Origin: Pseudomonadota bacterium | GTDB lineage: Bacteria; Pseudomonadota; Gammaproteobacteria; Xanthomonadales; Rhodanobacteraceae | Direction: 5' to 3' | Length of the DNA: 64,000 bases | NCBI GenBank assembly: GCA_023388255.1 | Contig: JAEWGO010000006.1 | Location: forward strand, 836 to 64,835 | Part shown: positions 29,649 through 39,240 of the stretch, one piece after another | How the letters are laid out: the number at the start of each line of letters is the position of its first letter | Numbering within the stretch: the stretch's first letter is position 1 | Program-made: the position numbers and the translations under genes | Notes under the pieces: model-generated | Seen by the model: the letters and a program-made list of their open reading frames with translations, nothing else | Databases searched by the model: none | What the model was told of the DNA's origin: nothing

Positions 29649-30200
29649 ATGCCCTCTCACGTCGATTTCAGTGCCTTGACCGGCACCTTGCGGACCGTGC
29701 GCCTCGGCGTCGGCGCGAGCGATTTGCACGGCTCGCTGAGCGGATACCTCTGTGCTGGTGCGAAGGCCGACGCCGCCGGCTGGATCGGAGCATTGCAGCT
29801 CGGTTTCGATACGCCGGATGCGGCCGGCAATCCCGTGCTGCAGGACCTGTTCCACGAGTGCAGCGCGCAGTTCCCGGATGACGCCACGGAGGTCGAGCCG
29901 CTGTTGCCGCCGCCATCCGCTTCGTTGCCGCAGCGTGCCGATGCGCTGGTCGAATGGTGTCGCGGCTTCCTCGGCGGTTTCGGTCTCGGCGGATCGACAC
30001 AACGCGGCGAATTGTCCGCGCAGGCCAAGGACATTCTCGGCGATCTCGCCACCATCGCCGCTTCGCGTTTCGACTACGAAGGCGGCGAAGCCGACGAGGA
30101 ATCGCTGGCCGAAGTGCTGGATTTCGTGCGGCTCGGCACCGCGCTCCTGTATCGGGAGGTCAGCAAGCGCGCGCAGGCATCGGCGCGGGCGCTGCACTAG
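29649..30200 (+). CDS. ygfB: UPF0149 (YgfB) family protein
   Basis: 'SDLHGSLSGYLCAG', 'RADALVEWCRGFLGGFGL', 'EVLDFVR'; upstream of pepP and on the opposite strand to the zapA block. Confidence 0.9.
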   Translation: MPSHVDFSALTGTLRTVRLGVGASDLHGSLSGYLCAGAKADAAGWIGALQLGFDTPDAAGNPVLQDLFHECSAQFPDDATEVEPLLPPPSASLPQRADALVEWCRGFLGGFGLGGSTQRGELSAQAKDILGDLATIAASRFDYEGGEADEESLAEVLDFVRLGTALLYREVSKRAQASARALH

Positions 30201-30515
30201 AGCGCGCCGGCAAGCCCGGTTGTACGAAACCGCCAGCGTCGGCGTGGCATTCCGGCGCCCAGCAGGCCGAGTTCGGCGCCGCGCCTGCCTCGCACACGCG
30301 CGACGCATCGCTATCGAGCGGACGCAACCAGGCCGCTGCGAGCGCGACAAGTTGCGTCGTCCAAGCGGCCGCAGCGGGCCATGGCGCCGGAGCGAGTGAC
30401 GCACGCGCCCGGGCGCGATGGCTGCGGCAATGCGCGCATTTGATCGTAGAATGCGGCGGGCTGCCTTCGCGCAAGCGTCAGGCATCCGCCACTTGCCGAG
30501 TGAATCGACGTCTCG

Positions 30516-31829
30516 ATGATCGAACTGAAGGAATACGCGCGCCGCCGCCGCCAGCTGATGCGCATGGCCGGCGCCGACGCGATCGTGATCGTCGCTGCCG
30601 CGCCCGAGCGCGTGCGCAACAACGACGCCCACTATCCGTATCGCCAGGACAGCGACTTCCACTACCTCACCGGTTTCGGCGAACCCGATGCCGTGCTCGC
30701 GCTCGTGCCGGGTCGCAAGGCGGCCGAGGCGATCCTGTTCTGCCGCGAACGCGACACCGAGCGCGAGCGCTGGGACGGCGCGCGCGTCGGCACCGAGGGC
30801 GCGGTGCGTTTGCTCGGCATGGACGATGCGTTCCCGATCGACGACATCGACGACATCCTGCCGGGACTCATCGAGGGTCGCACGCGCGTCTACTACCATT
30901 TCGGCCGCGACACCGAGTTCGATCTGAAACTGATCGGCTGGGTCAATCGCGTGCGCGCGCAAGTGCGCCAGGGCGCGAAGCCGCCGCACGAATTCGTCGC
31001 GCTGCCGCATCTGCTGCACGACCTGCGCCTGTACAAGTCGCGCGGCGAGCTGCGCCTGATGCGCAAGTCCGCGAAGATCGCCGCCGACGCGCACGTGCGC
31101 GCGATGCGGGCGACGCGGCCCGGCATGAACGAGCATGAAGTCGAGGCGGAACTGTTGCACGCGTTCCGCAAGCAGGGCGCGGTGCCAAGCTACGAACCGA
31201 TCGTCGGCGGCGGCGCCAACGGCTGCGTGTTGCACTACCGCGCCAACAACGCACCGCTGCGCGATGGCGACCTGCTGCTGATCGACGCGGGCGCCGAAGT
31301 CGAGTGCTACGCGTCCGACATCACGCGCACGTTCCCGATCAATGGCCGCTACACGCCCGAGCAGCGTGCGCTGTACGACATCGTGCTCGCCGCGCAGCTT
31401 GCCGCGATCGACGAAGTGCGCGCCGGCCGTCCATTCGATGCATATCACGACGCGGCCGTGCGCACGATCACCAAGGGCCTGATCAAGCTCGGCCTGCTCG
31501 CCGGCAGTCTCGACAAGAACCTGAGCGAACATGCGTATCGCGCGTTCTACATGCACAAGACCGGGCACTGGCTCGGCCTCGATGTGCACGATGTCGGGGA
31601 CTACCGCGTCGATGGCGAATTCCGCGTGCTCGAACCCGGCATGGTGGTCACGGTCGAACCCGGCATCTACATCGCGCCGGACGCGAAAGGCGTGCCGGCG
31701 AAGTTCCGCGGCATCGGTATTCGCATCGAGGACGACGTCGTCGTCACCGACGGCGAACCCGAAGTGATTTCCGCAGACGTGCCCAAGCACGCCGACGAGA
31801 TCGAAGCCTTGATGGCGGCGCGCGCATGA
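30516..31829 (+). CDS. pepP: Xaa-Pro aminopeptidase (aminopeptidase P)
   Basis: 'YRQDSDFHYLTGF', 'LIDAGAE...YASDITRT', 'HWLGLDVHDVG', 'TVEPGIY', 'RIEDDV'. Confidence 0.96.
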   Translation: MIELKEYARRRRQLMRMAGADAIVIVAAAPERVRNNDAHYPYRQDSDFHYLTGFGEPDAVLALVPGRKAAEAILFCRERDTERERWDGARVGTEGAVRLLGMDDAFPIDDIDDILPGLIEGRTRVYYHFGRDTEFDLKLIGWVNRVRAQVRQGAKPPHEFVALPHLLHDLRLYKSRGELRLMRKSAKIAADAHVRAMRATRPGMNEHEVEAELLHAFRKQGAVPSYEPIVGGGANGCVLHYRANNAPLRDGDLLLIDAGAEVECYASDITRTFPINGRYTPEQRALYDIVLAAQLAAIDEVRAGRPFDAYHDAAVRTITKGLIKLGLLAGSLDKNLSEHAYRAFYMHKTGHWLGLDVHDVGDYRVDGEFRVLEPGMVVTVEPGIYIAPDAKGVPAKFRGIGIRIEDDVVVTDGEPEVISADVPKHADEIEALMAARA

Positions 31830-33217
31830 CGGTCCTGCATGTGTTGATGTCCCTGCTGCTCGGCCTGTGCGCGAGCGTTGCGTCGGCCGCCGAAACGCTC
31901 GACTACGGCCTGTTCGGCACGCTGCATCTGAGTCGCCCGTCCGGTGCGATCGCGCATGCCGTGCTGCTGTTTTCCGACAAGCAAGGCTGGACGCCGCGAC
32001 AGGACGAACTCGGCGCCGCGCTCGCGCAGCAGGGTGCGTTCGTCGTCGGCATCGACCTGCCGGCGTATCTCAAGCGCATGGAGTCGATAAAGGAAAAGTG
32101 CTCGTACCCGGCTGGGCACGTGGAAGAAGTCGCGCACTGGATCGAACGCCACGAAGGCCTGTCGAACTACTCGTATCCATTGGTCGTCGGCGACGGTGCC
32201 GGCGCGACGTTCGCCTACGCGATGACGGCGCAGGCGCCGGCTGGCACATTCGAGGGTCTGCTCACGCTCGGCTGGGATTCGAGCCTGCGATTGCCGAAGG
32301 CATTCTGTCCCGGCGACGCCGGCGCGATGACCGCGACCGGCGATGGCGGTTTCCGGATCGTGCCGGTCGCGAAGTCTCCGCTGATCTGGTTGCCGCAGCC
32401 GTTCGCACGCGGCGCGCGCATCAATGGCCTCGGCGCGCCGCTGGCGACCGCCTGGCATGCGCTCGGCGCACTGCTGCCGCCACTCGCCGATGCCGCGCCG
32501 GGATCTGCGCTCGGCACCCGCTATGCGCGTTGGCGCCAACGCCAGAATGCGGCCGCGACCGCGTTGCCGGACGACGTGGCCGATCTGCCGCTGACCGAGA
32601 TTGCGCCGCTGGCCAAACCGTCGCCGGGCGAACCGCACCGCATCGCGATCATCGTGACCGGCGACGGCGGCTGGGCCGGTCTCGATCGCGGCATCGCCGA
32701 CGCGTTGACTGCGCAAGGCATCCGCGTGATCGGCTTCTCCACGCTGAAGTTCTTCTGGCACAAACAGACGCCTGATGCGGCCGCCGAGGCGATCGCGCGC
32801 GTCATCGCGCACTACGGCAAGAGCGATCCGTCCGCACGCTTCGTGCTGATCGGCTACTCGTTCGGCGCCAGTCTCGTGCCGGTCGTCGTCAATCGCCTGC
32901 CGGAAGCCGCGCGCGCGCGCGTCGATGGCGGCGTGATGATCTCGCCGGACGACACCGCCGTGTTCGAGATCCATGTCGGCGACTGGTTCGGCTCGACCAG
33001 GCACGACGACGCCTTGCCGCTCGGTCCCGAGATCGCCGCGAGCAAGGTGCCGCTGGTGTGCGTGCACGGTGCCGACGAGGACGACAGTTTCTGCCTGAAG
33101 CCGCAGCCGGCACAGGTGCGCGTCGTCGACCTGCCCGGCGGTCATCACTACGACGGCGATTACGCCGCGCTCGGTGCATTGATCGTGCACAGCCTGCCGG
33201 CGAATCCGCCGCACTGA
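31826..33217 (+). CDS. acvB: AcvB/VirJ family aminoacyl-phosphatidylglycerol hydrolase (two-domain form)
   Basis: Signal peptide. The N-domain has a degenerate nucleophile elbow ('VGDGAGA'); the C-terminal VirJ domain has 'TGDGGW', 'GYSFGA' and 'GGHHYDGDY'. ATGA overlap with pepP. Confidence 0.85.
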   Translation: MTVLHVLMSLLLGLCASVASAAETLDYGLFGTLHLSRPSGAIAHAVLLFSDKQGWTPRQDELGAALAQQGAFVVGIDLPAYLKRMESIKEKCSYPAGHVEEVAHWIERHEGLSNYSYPLVVGDGAGATFAYAMTAQAPAGTFEGLLTLGWDSSLRLPKAFCPGDAGAMTATGDGGFRIVPVAKSPLIWLPQPFARGARINGLGAPLATAWHALGALLPPLADAAPGSALGTRYARWRQRQNAAATALPDDVADLPLTEIAPLAKPSPGEPHRIAIIVTGDGGWAGLDRGIADALTAQGIRVIGFSTLKFFWHKQTPDAAAEAIARVIAHYGKSDPSARFVLIGYSFGASLVPVVVNRLPEAARARVDGGVMISPDDTAVFEIHVGDWFGSTRHDDALPLGPEIAASKVPLVCVHGADEDDSFCLKPQPAQVRVVDLPGGHHYDGDYAALGALIVHSLPANPPH

Positions 33218-33336
33218 ATCGGGCACGTCGAATTCGCGGTCGAAAGTGATCGCGATAGCGGAATCGGCCTGCACCTTGTGTTCTGATGCGCGGGTGGTGG
33301 TCCAACGGCACCGCCATGCACGAAGGAGGATGGATC

Positions 33337-33771
33337 ATGGCGGGATTGCGGGAAGTCGTTTGCGCGATCGGTGCGGGTACGCTGTTCGCCGCTTGTGTGC
33401 ACGCGGGAACCCTGGAAGAAGACGAGGCGCGCCTCGATGCGCTGCTCGCAGCCAAGCGTGCCGCTGCGGCCGCTGCACCCGCGCCGGTGGTCGCTTCGGT
33501 GACGGCGCCGACAGCGGCGCACGAGGATGCCGACAATCCGCATGCGGACTGGCTTGCGCCGGCACCCGAGCGCGCGCTCGGCGTCGCCTTCGTCGATCTC
33601 GTCCAGTACGTCGGCAGCAAGGTCACGATCGTGACCGCCGGCGAGCGCATCCATCGCGGCGTCGTGACTTCGGCAAATGCGCGCCAGGTCAGTCTGCAGG
33701 TGCACCGCCGCGGGGGCAATGCGACTTATACGCTGCGACGCGAGCAGGTCGTGCGCATCGACGCACGCTGA
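33337..33771 (+). CDS. Hypothetical exported protein with a C-terminal Sm-like/SH3-like beta-barrel
   Basis: RBS AGGAGG upstream, signal-like N-terminus ending 'CVHA', Ala/Pro linker, then 'YVGSKVTIVT...GVVTSA...TLRREQVVRI'. Confidence 0.7.
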   Translation: MAGLREVVCAIGAGTLFAACVHAGTLEEDEARLDALLAAKRAAAAAAPAPVVASVTAPTAAHEDADNPHADWLAPAPERALGVAFVDLVQYVGSKVTIVTAGERIHRGVVTSANARQVSLQVHRRGGNATYTLRREQVVRIDAR

Positions 33772-33774
33772 CCT

Positions 33775-36393
33775 TCAGCGCCCGCCGACGAGGAACCTGC
33801 GATAGCCGCCGGCAACCAGTGCGGCGACGTCGATCAGCAGCCCCGGCACCCACAGGCCGCGCGGATAGGCGAGGTAGGAACCGGTCCATTCCGGTCCGAA
33901 TTTTTCCTTGTAGCGGCGCAGGCCCTGGTAGTTGTAGAAGCGCCCGCCGTACTGGAACGCGAGCGCGGCAAGGCGTTCGTTGATGCGCGCATACGGGTTG
34001 TCGCCGACCGCCGACAGCGGAGCCATGCCGAGGCTGAACTGCGCGTGGCCCTGGTCCTTCGCCCATTGCATCACGCGCGCGAACAGGAAATCCATCGTGC
34101 CGCGCGGCGCGCCATCGACGTGGCGCATCAGGTCGACGCTGGCGGTACCGTTTGGACCGTATGGCGGCAACACGTTGGCGAATGCGATCAGCTCGCCGGC
34201 GCGACGCACCAGCGCGAGCGGGCTCCAGGCGAAGTAGTCCGGGTCGAAGTGGCCGAGCGAGAAACTCTTCTCGTGCGCGCCCTTGTCCGCCAGCCACGCA
34301 TCCGACACGCGTTCGAGTTCGCTCATCAGCACGGTGTCGAACGGCGGCTCGACCAGCTCGAAGGTGAGCTGCTCCTTGACCGAGCGGTTGACCGCCTGGC
34401 GCAGGTCCTCCCAGCGCTTGCCGGCGAGCGTGAACTCGGCCAGCGGGATCGTCGCCAGCTCACCGAGCTTGAACAAGTCGAAGCCAAGATCGTGGTACAG
34501 CGACAGATCCGGTTCGAGCACTTCGTAGAACAACGGCACGCGATCCTGGGCGTCGGCGAACTGGCGGAAATCGAGGATTGCGCGCTTGATCGCAGCCTCC
34601 GGCCCGCACGGCGAACCGAGTGCGACGAGACGATCGCGGACCGAACCGTAAGCGACCACCGCATGGCTGTCGGCCGACCAGAACAGATGCTTGTCGCCCA
34701 TGAACGAAAGATGCGCGAACTCGCCGCCGCCGTGCGCGAGGTAGACCTCACGCGCGCGGCCGAGCTCGGCATGTTCGGGCATCTTCAGCAGCGGGCGCCG
34801 CACCGCGAACGATTGCCAGATCAGGTAGGCGAACAAGCCGATCGCGGCGGCGAACAGGCCGCGTGCGATGCGCGAGGAATGCTCGCCGTGGCCGAAGTAC
34901 CACAGGTCGAAGCTGTCGTCGCCGAGTACCGCCCAGATGCCGATCGCGAAGAATGCGAACACGACGACGATGAGGCCGGAAAGCCATGCGAACGTCGTCA
35001 CCGACGTCAGGCTCATCGCGCGCTGCGTGAACTCGCGTTTGCGCATGCGCAGCAACACCGCGATCGCCAGCAGGAACAGCGCTTCGCCGAAATGCAGGCC
35101 CTTGGTCACCGCGAGCACTGCGCTGATCACCAGCATCGATACGGTGAGCCGATAGGCGACGCGCAAGCGCCCATCGATGCCGCGGCCGAGCCCGAGCAGC
35201 AGCACGCCGGTCAGGATCGACAACCAGTACGAGCCTTCGACAGCGGCGATTGGCAGATGCGCACGCACGACCTGGATGTGTTCGTGCACGGCGGGAATGG
35301 CGGCCGAGGCGAGCAGCACGAGACCGGCGCCGAAGGTCAGCACTGCGAGCAGGCGGATGCCGAGTCCGGCAAGCAGGCTGGCCGGCAATCCGAGCAGGCC
35401 GAAGAGCGGATGCGTCTGCAGCCTCGTCGCGACGCGCGCAAAACCGGGAATGCGCCCTGCCAGCATGCCCGAACCGAAGTACAGGCCAGACAACAGCGGC
35501 AGCAGGTAGTACGCGATGCGGAACAGGAACAGGCCGGACAGCACTTGCGCGTTGTCGTAGCCGCCGGTGGTCAGCGCGAGCACCATCAGGCTGTCGAACA
35601 CGCCGAAGCCACCGGGGATCATGCTGAGCAGTCCGAGCGTCTGTGCCGCCGCGAAGCTGGCCAGTAGCGGGCCGGGTTTCACGTGCGCGCCGGAGATGTA
35701 CAGGCAGCCATACATCACGGCCGCGCTCAATATCCAGTCGACCAGCGACAGCGCTGCGAGCGTGAGTTTCAGGCGCATCGGCGGCAGCTCCACGCCGCCC
35801 GGCAACCAGCGCATCAGCGAGCGCCGCGAGGTCAGGAACAGGAACGCCGGCAGGTAGCAGGCGGCGGCGACCAACACGACGACGCCGAGCCAATGCGTGG
35901 GCGTGTTCGGCGTGATCGGCATCGCGCCCGAGGCGAGTGCGGCGATGATCAGCACCGACAGGCCGAGCGGCAGCGACAACACCTGCAGGCCTATCAGTGC
36001 GGCGCCGACCGGCAGCTCGATGCGCCGCGCCGAGAAACCGAGCAGGCGCACGCTGGAACCGATCGCGCCCGAGAGGTTCAGCACATTCGCGAGTGCATTC
36101 GCTACGAAGGCCAGCCGCAGCATCTCGCGCGCCGGGATCGGCAGCTTGAGCCAACGCGCGATGGCGACGTCGATCGTGCCGGTGAACGCCACCGCGAACA
36201 GCGCGAGCAGGCCGATGCCGAGTGCCGGAGCGGTCGGCACCTCGAGCAGCACGCGCTGCATCTCGGGCAGGTCGAGTTCGTCGAAGCCGCGCACGACCAG
36301 CCAGCCGACCAGCACGAGGAATGCGGTCGGCACCAGCCAGCGCAGTTGCGCGGCCCAGCCGCGTGTCGCTGTGGCTTGGGTTTCGGTGGTCAT
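33775..36393 (-). CDS. mprF: Bifunctional aminoacyl(lysyl)-phosphatidylglycerol flippase/synthetase
   Basis: Many TM helices, 'IPGGFGVFD', 'FRIAYYLLP', and synthase-domain motifs 'GDKHLF', 'EKSFSLG', 'VDLMR...GTMDFLF', 'SLGMAPLS', 'YNYQGLRRYKEKF'. Confidence 0.95.
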   Translation of the reverse strand: MTTETQATATRGWAAQLRWLVPTAFLVLVGWLVVRGFDELDLPEMQRVLLEVPTAPALGIGLLALFAVAFTGTIDVAIARWLKLPIPAREMLRLAFVANALANVLNLSGAIGSSVRLLGFSARRIELPVGAALIGLQVLSLPLGLSVLIIAALASGAMPITPNTPTHWLGVVVLVAAACYLPAFLFLTSRRSLMRWLPGGVELPPMRLKLTLAALSLVDWILSAAVMYGCLYISGAHVKPGPLLASFAAAQTLGLLSMIPGGFGVFDSLMVLALTTGGYDNAQVLSGLFLFRIAYYLLPLLSGLYFGSGMLAGRIPGFARVATRLQTHPLFGLLGLPASLLAGLGIRLLAVLTFGAGLVLLASAAIPAVHEHIQVVRAHLPIAAVEGSYWLSILTGVLLLGLGRGIDGRLRVAYRLTVSMLVISAVLAVTKGLHFGEALFLLAIAVLLRMRKREFTQRAMSLTSVTTFAWLSGLIVVVFAFFAIGIWAVLGDDSFDLWYFGHGEHSSRIARGLFAAAIGLFAYLIWQSFAVRRPLLKMPEHAELGRAREVYLAHGGGEFAHLSFMGDKHLFWSADSHAVVAYGSVRDRLVALGSPCGPEAAIKRAILDFRQFADAQDRVPLFYEVLEPDLSLYHDLGFDLFKLGELATIPLAEFTLAGKRWEDLRQAVNRSVKEQLTFELVEPPFDTVLMSELERVSDAWLADKGAHEKSFSLGHFDPDYFAWSPLALVRRAGELIAFANVLPPYGPNGTASVDLMRHVDGAPRGTMDFLFARVMQWAKDQGHAQFSLGMAPLSAVGDNPYARINERLAALAFQYGGRFYNYQGLRRYKEKFGPEWTGSYLAYPRGLWVPGLLIDVAALVAGGYRRFLVGGR

Positions 36394-36465
36394 GCGGATG
36401 CCTTTCTTCCCTGAGACTGCGCGAAGTCTATCCGCGCGGGCGCGCGAAAACGTGCAGTGCCTGCG

Positions 36466-37320
36466 TCATTGCGGTGCGGCATCGATCAGGTCTTTCACGC
36501 TCTGCACGTACTGCGGCATCCAGTTCTTCGGCACGCCGAAGCCGTGGCCGACCTTCGGCAACATGACTGCCTTCGCATCCTTCTGGCCGGCGGCGAATTC
36601 GGGCGCGAATTTCGGATCGCAGACCTGGTCGGATTCGCCTTGCACGATGCGCCACGGCACGTCCACCGTTTCGAGCTTGTCGAACACCCAGGTCGGCGGA
36701 CTCTTTTGCCAGTGCGCGGTGAGACCGCCCTCGCCTGGGCAGAACGGCTTGTGGATCAGCAGGTCCGGGCAGAAACCGATGCTGATTCCGCCGCCGAAGC
36801 GGCGTCCGGTGTCCGCGGCGAGCGTGGTGTAGGCAATCGTGGCGCCGGACGAATAGCCGATGATGACCGGCTTGGTGCCGAGCGGAAGTTTCAGTTCGCG
36901 CACGAGATCGCTGCCGAGTTTGGCGAGCAGACCATCGGCATCGCTGCACTGTGCGCTGCCGCCGTCGAGGCCTTTGAGGAACTGCGGGGTGCTGAATCCG
37001 GCCACCCAGTAGCCGAGCGCGGCTGCCTGATGCGCCATCTCGGTGACGCCGCGGTTCCAGCCGCCGTCGCCCGAAGCGAACAGTGCCAATCCCTTGCTCG
37101 CGCCGGGAGGCTTGTACACGGCGACTTCGCCGAAACCGGCGACATTGATCCAGCGCTCGACCTGCGGATCGCGCGCCGGCGCGGGTTTCGGTTTGGCCGG
37201 CTTGTGCGCAGCGGCGGTGGGTGCGTTCGCGTGCGCCGGATTGGCGGCGGCCATGCCGGACAGGGACGAGCCCAGTGCTGCAGACACGACGAGGGCGATG
37301 AAGCACGGGCGGACGTTCAA
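36466..37320 (-). CDS. Single-domain AcvB/VirJ-like alpha/beta hydrolase
   Basis: Signal peptide, 'FASGDGGWN', 'GYSSGATI', 'VGHGF'; directly upstream of mprF. Confidence 0.8.
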   Translation of the reverse strand: MNVRPCFIALVVSAALGSSLSGMAAANPAHANAPTAAAHKPAKPKPAPARDPQVERWINVAGFGEVAVYKPPGASKGLALFASGDGGWNRGVTEMAHQAAALGYWVAGFSTPQFLKGLDGGSAQCSDADGLLAKLGSDLVRELKLPLGTKPVIIGYSSGATIAYTTLAADTGRRFGGGISIGFCPDLLIHKPFCPGEGGLTAHWQKSPPTWVFDKLETVDVPWRIVQGESDQVCDPKFAPEFAAGQKDAKAVMLPKVGHGFGVPKNWMPQYVQSVKDLIDAAPQ

Positions 37321-37606
37321 GCGGGAAGTTCCTGCGCGGCGAAGCGGCGCACGCTAGTCCATGCCGACTTCGCTGTCACGCCGCGTGCGGCTCGGCCTTC
37401 AACGCCGATTCAGTGCGGCGGTACTCGTGCGCCGGTCGCGCAGCCACCCTTGTCGCAAATATCCAGGCGAGATCCATGCCGCAACCACACCGGCGTCGGC
37501 GCGCACGCGCTGCAGTCGCGATATCGGGACTGCAGCGGCGAAAGTTCGCCCATCGAGGCGGCCCGGCACTTGGCGCGCCGCAAATCGGGACGGCAGCACG
37601 CATCAC

Positions 37607-38167
37607 TCAGTCTTCGTCGGTGTAGTACTCGAAGATCAGGTGGATGCGTGGCGTGGTCCCGAGGTTCGCCACTGCGTGCTCGCCGAGATTGTTGACCTCA
37701 TAGGCCTGCCCGACTTCGAGGTGATACGGCGTTTTTTCGATGTAGAACGACACCTGGTCGTTGGTCGTGATGGGCACGTGGATCTTGTGCGGCCAGCGCG
37801 CAGCAGCGTTGGAGTCCACGTGCGGATGGATCAGGCCGCCGGCTGGCATCTTCGCCAGCAGCACGCGCGAGAACTTGCCTTCGCGATAGCCATAGGGCTG
37901 CGTGGCCTGACGCATCAACGGTTCCAGACGGTCCCGCCATTGCGACCACAAAGGCAGATCGTAGTGCTGGCGCCAGTCGTCGACGCTCGAGATGAAGCGG
38001 AACACGATGTGCTGCGTCTTGTCGAGCACACCATAGCGATTCGGCTTGGTTGCGTTCTCGTGCTCCCAAACCTCCTGCGGAATGGCGCGGATGTCGTCGC
38101 CGATGCCGTCGAGGTCGACCGGGCCGAGAAATCTAACCGACGTGGTCTTCAGCGGGTTCGCGTGCAT
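37607..38167 (-). CDS. Asp/Asn beta-hydroxylase family Fe(II)/2-oxoglutarate dioxygenase
   Basis: Facial triad 'IHPHVD' ... 'NNLGEHAVAN', plus 'KIHVPITTN' and 'PRIHLIFE'. Confidence 0.88.
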   Translation of the reverse strand: MHANPLKTTSVRFLGPVDLDGIGDDIRAIPQEVWEHENATKPNRYGVLDKTQHIVFRFISSVDDWRQHYDLPLWSQWRDRLEPLMRQATQPYGYREGKFSRVLLAKMPAGGLIHPHVDSNAAARWPHKIHVPITTNDQVSFYIEKTPYHLEVGQAYEVNNLGEHAVANLGTTPRIHLIFEYYTDED

Positions 38168-38795
38168 GGTCTTCGAAGCGGTAGTTGAAAAGTTCGATGT
38201 CGCGGTGATAGATGCCGCCGACGAGCGACACGAGTTCGTCGTCATAATAGGTCCAATACGGTCGGTGACGCGAAGCGTTGGTGCGCTCCAGCGCCTGGCT
38301 CGGCAGGCCCAGGCGCGAGCAGACCGAATCGTAGGATTCCTGCATGCTCTCGGTGCGCGCGACGAAATCGACGGCCAGCTGCCCGCGATCGTCGACAAGG
38401 AACAGGTACTGCGGCACGAACAGGATATGGCCGACGGGCCGCAGGTCCTTGATCACGTGTTTCATGAACGCCATCGGCGCGCGCTCGAAATGACCGCTGT
38501 CGCGACTCATGAACGCGCAGTACGAGACGAAGCGGTCGAACGGATTGCGCACGAATGCGAACTTGAAATAGCCCTCGAACGTTTCCTCACCCAGCACCGG
38601 CCGGATCTGCTGCACGCTCAAATGCCCGTGCGGGATGGCGTCGAATTCGCGGAACGGCAAGCGCTTCTTCACGAATAGGCCGGCCTGCTCGAGATCGTCG
38701 GGTCCCATGTGCTCGCGCAACGCCTGCCGCACCGAATGCGTGCCGGTTTTCGGGATCGCGAAGAACATGAAGCGGTGTCGATGCGAAATGATCAC
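38133..38795 (-). CDS. Sulfotransferase family 2 (Sulfotransfer_2) protein
   Basis: GTG start, 5'-PAPS loop 'FFAIPKTGTHS', 3'-PAPS motif 'FVRNPFDRFVS', C-terminal 'DIELFNYRF'. Overlaps the hydroxylase gene by 35 bp. Confidence 0.88.
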   Translation of the reverse strand: MIISHRHRFMFFAIPKTGTHSVRQALREHMGPDDLEQAGLFVKKRLPFREFDAIPHGHLSVQQIRPVLGEETFEGYFKFAFVRNPFDRFVSYCAFMSRDSGHFERAPMAFMKHVIKDLRPVGHILFVPQYLFLVDDRGQLAVDFVARTESMQESYDSVCSRLGLPSQALERTNASRHRPYWTYYDDELVSLVGGIYHRDIELFNYRFEDHAREPAEDHVG

Positions 38796-39240
38796 GAAAA
38801 ATCCAACGGCGGGCACGGGTCCGCACGGCGTGCATTCGTGCGGAAGGAAACGCGCATGATAACAGTCTGCGTTGGAAAGCCGGCCCAGTGCCGTCGACGC
38901 CAACGCCGCGACCGCCGGAGAAGATCGCCGAGAATGTCTCGCGCGGGAGGTTCTCCGGTTCGCCCACGGTGTGCGTCGTATGGACCTCGGCGCGGATACC
39001 GCCATCTCTGCGGAAAGTGTCGTTCTGGCCCCGGTCGACGGGTCGACGGGTCGATGGAGCTCGGTCGATTTGCCGCCGGCTCGCATGGATACGGGGTTTG
39101 TCGCCGCCCGTGCCTCGTCGCCAGCGAGATCGACCGATCGGCCGCAGCCGACCGCGACTTTCCGTTTCGATGTCCGCTTTGGCCGCGATTCTGCGCTTGT
39201 GTCCCGCACGCGCAGTCCGCGCCATTGAGGAGCCGATCCG

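Noticed and set aside
30201..30515. Gene or sRNA in the 315-bp gap between ygfB and pepP
   Set aside because: No credible ORF or recognisable RNA motif; only a TAGAAT -10-like box near 30447, consistent with a pepP promoter.
38796..39240. RiPP precursor (RaxX-like) for the sulfotransferase/hydroxylase pair, and the short GGTCGAC(G) tandem near 39033-39054
   Set aside because: No small ORF with a convincing RBS, leader or Tyr/Asp core. The tandem is only about three degenerate short units with no spacers, so it is not a CRISPR array.
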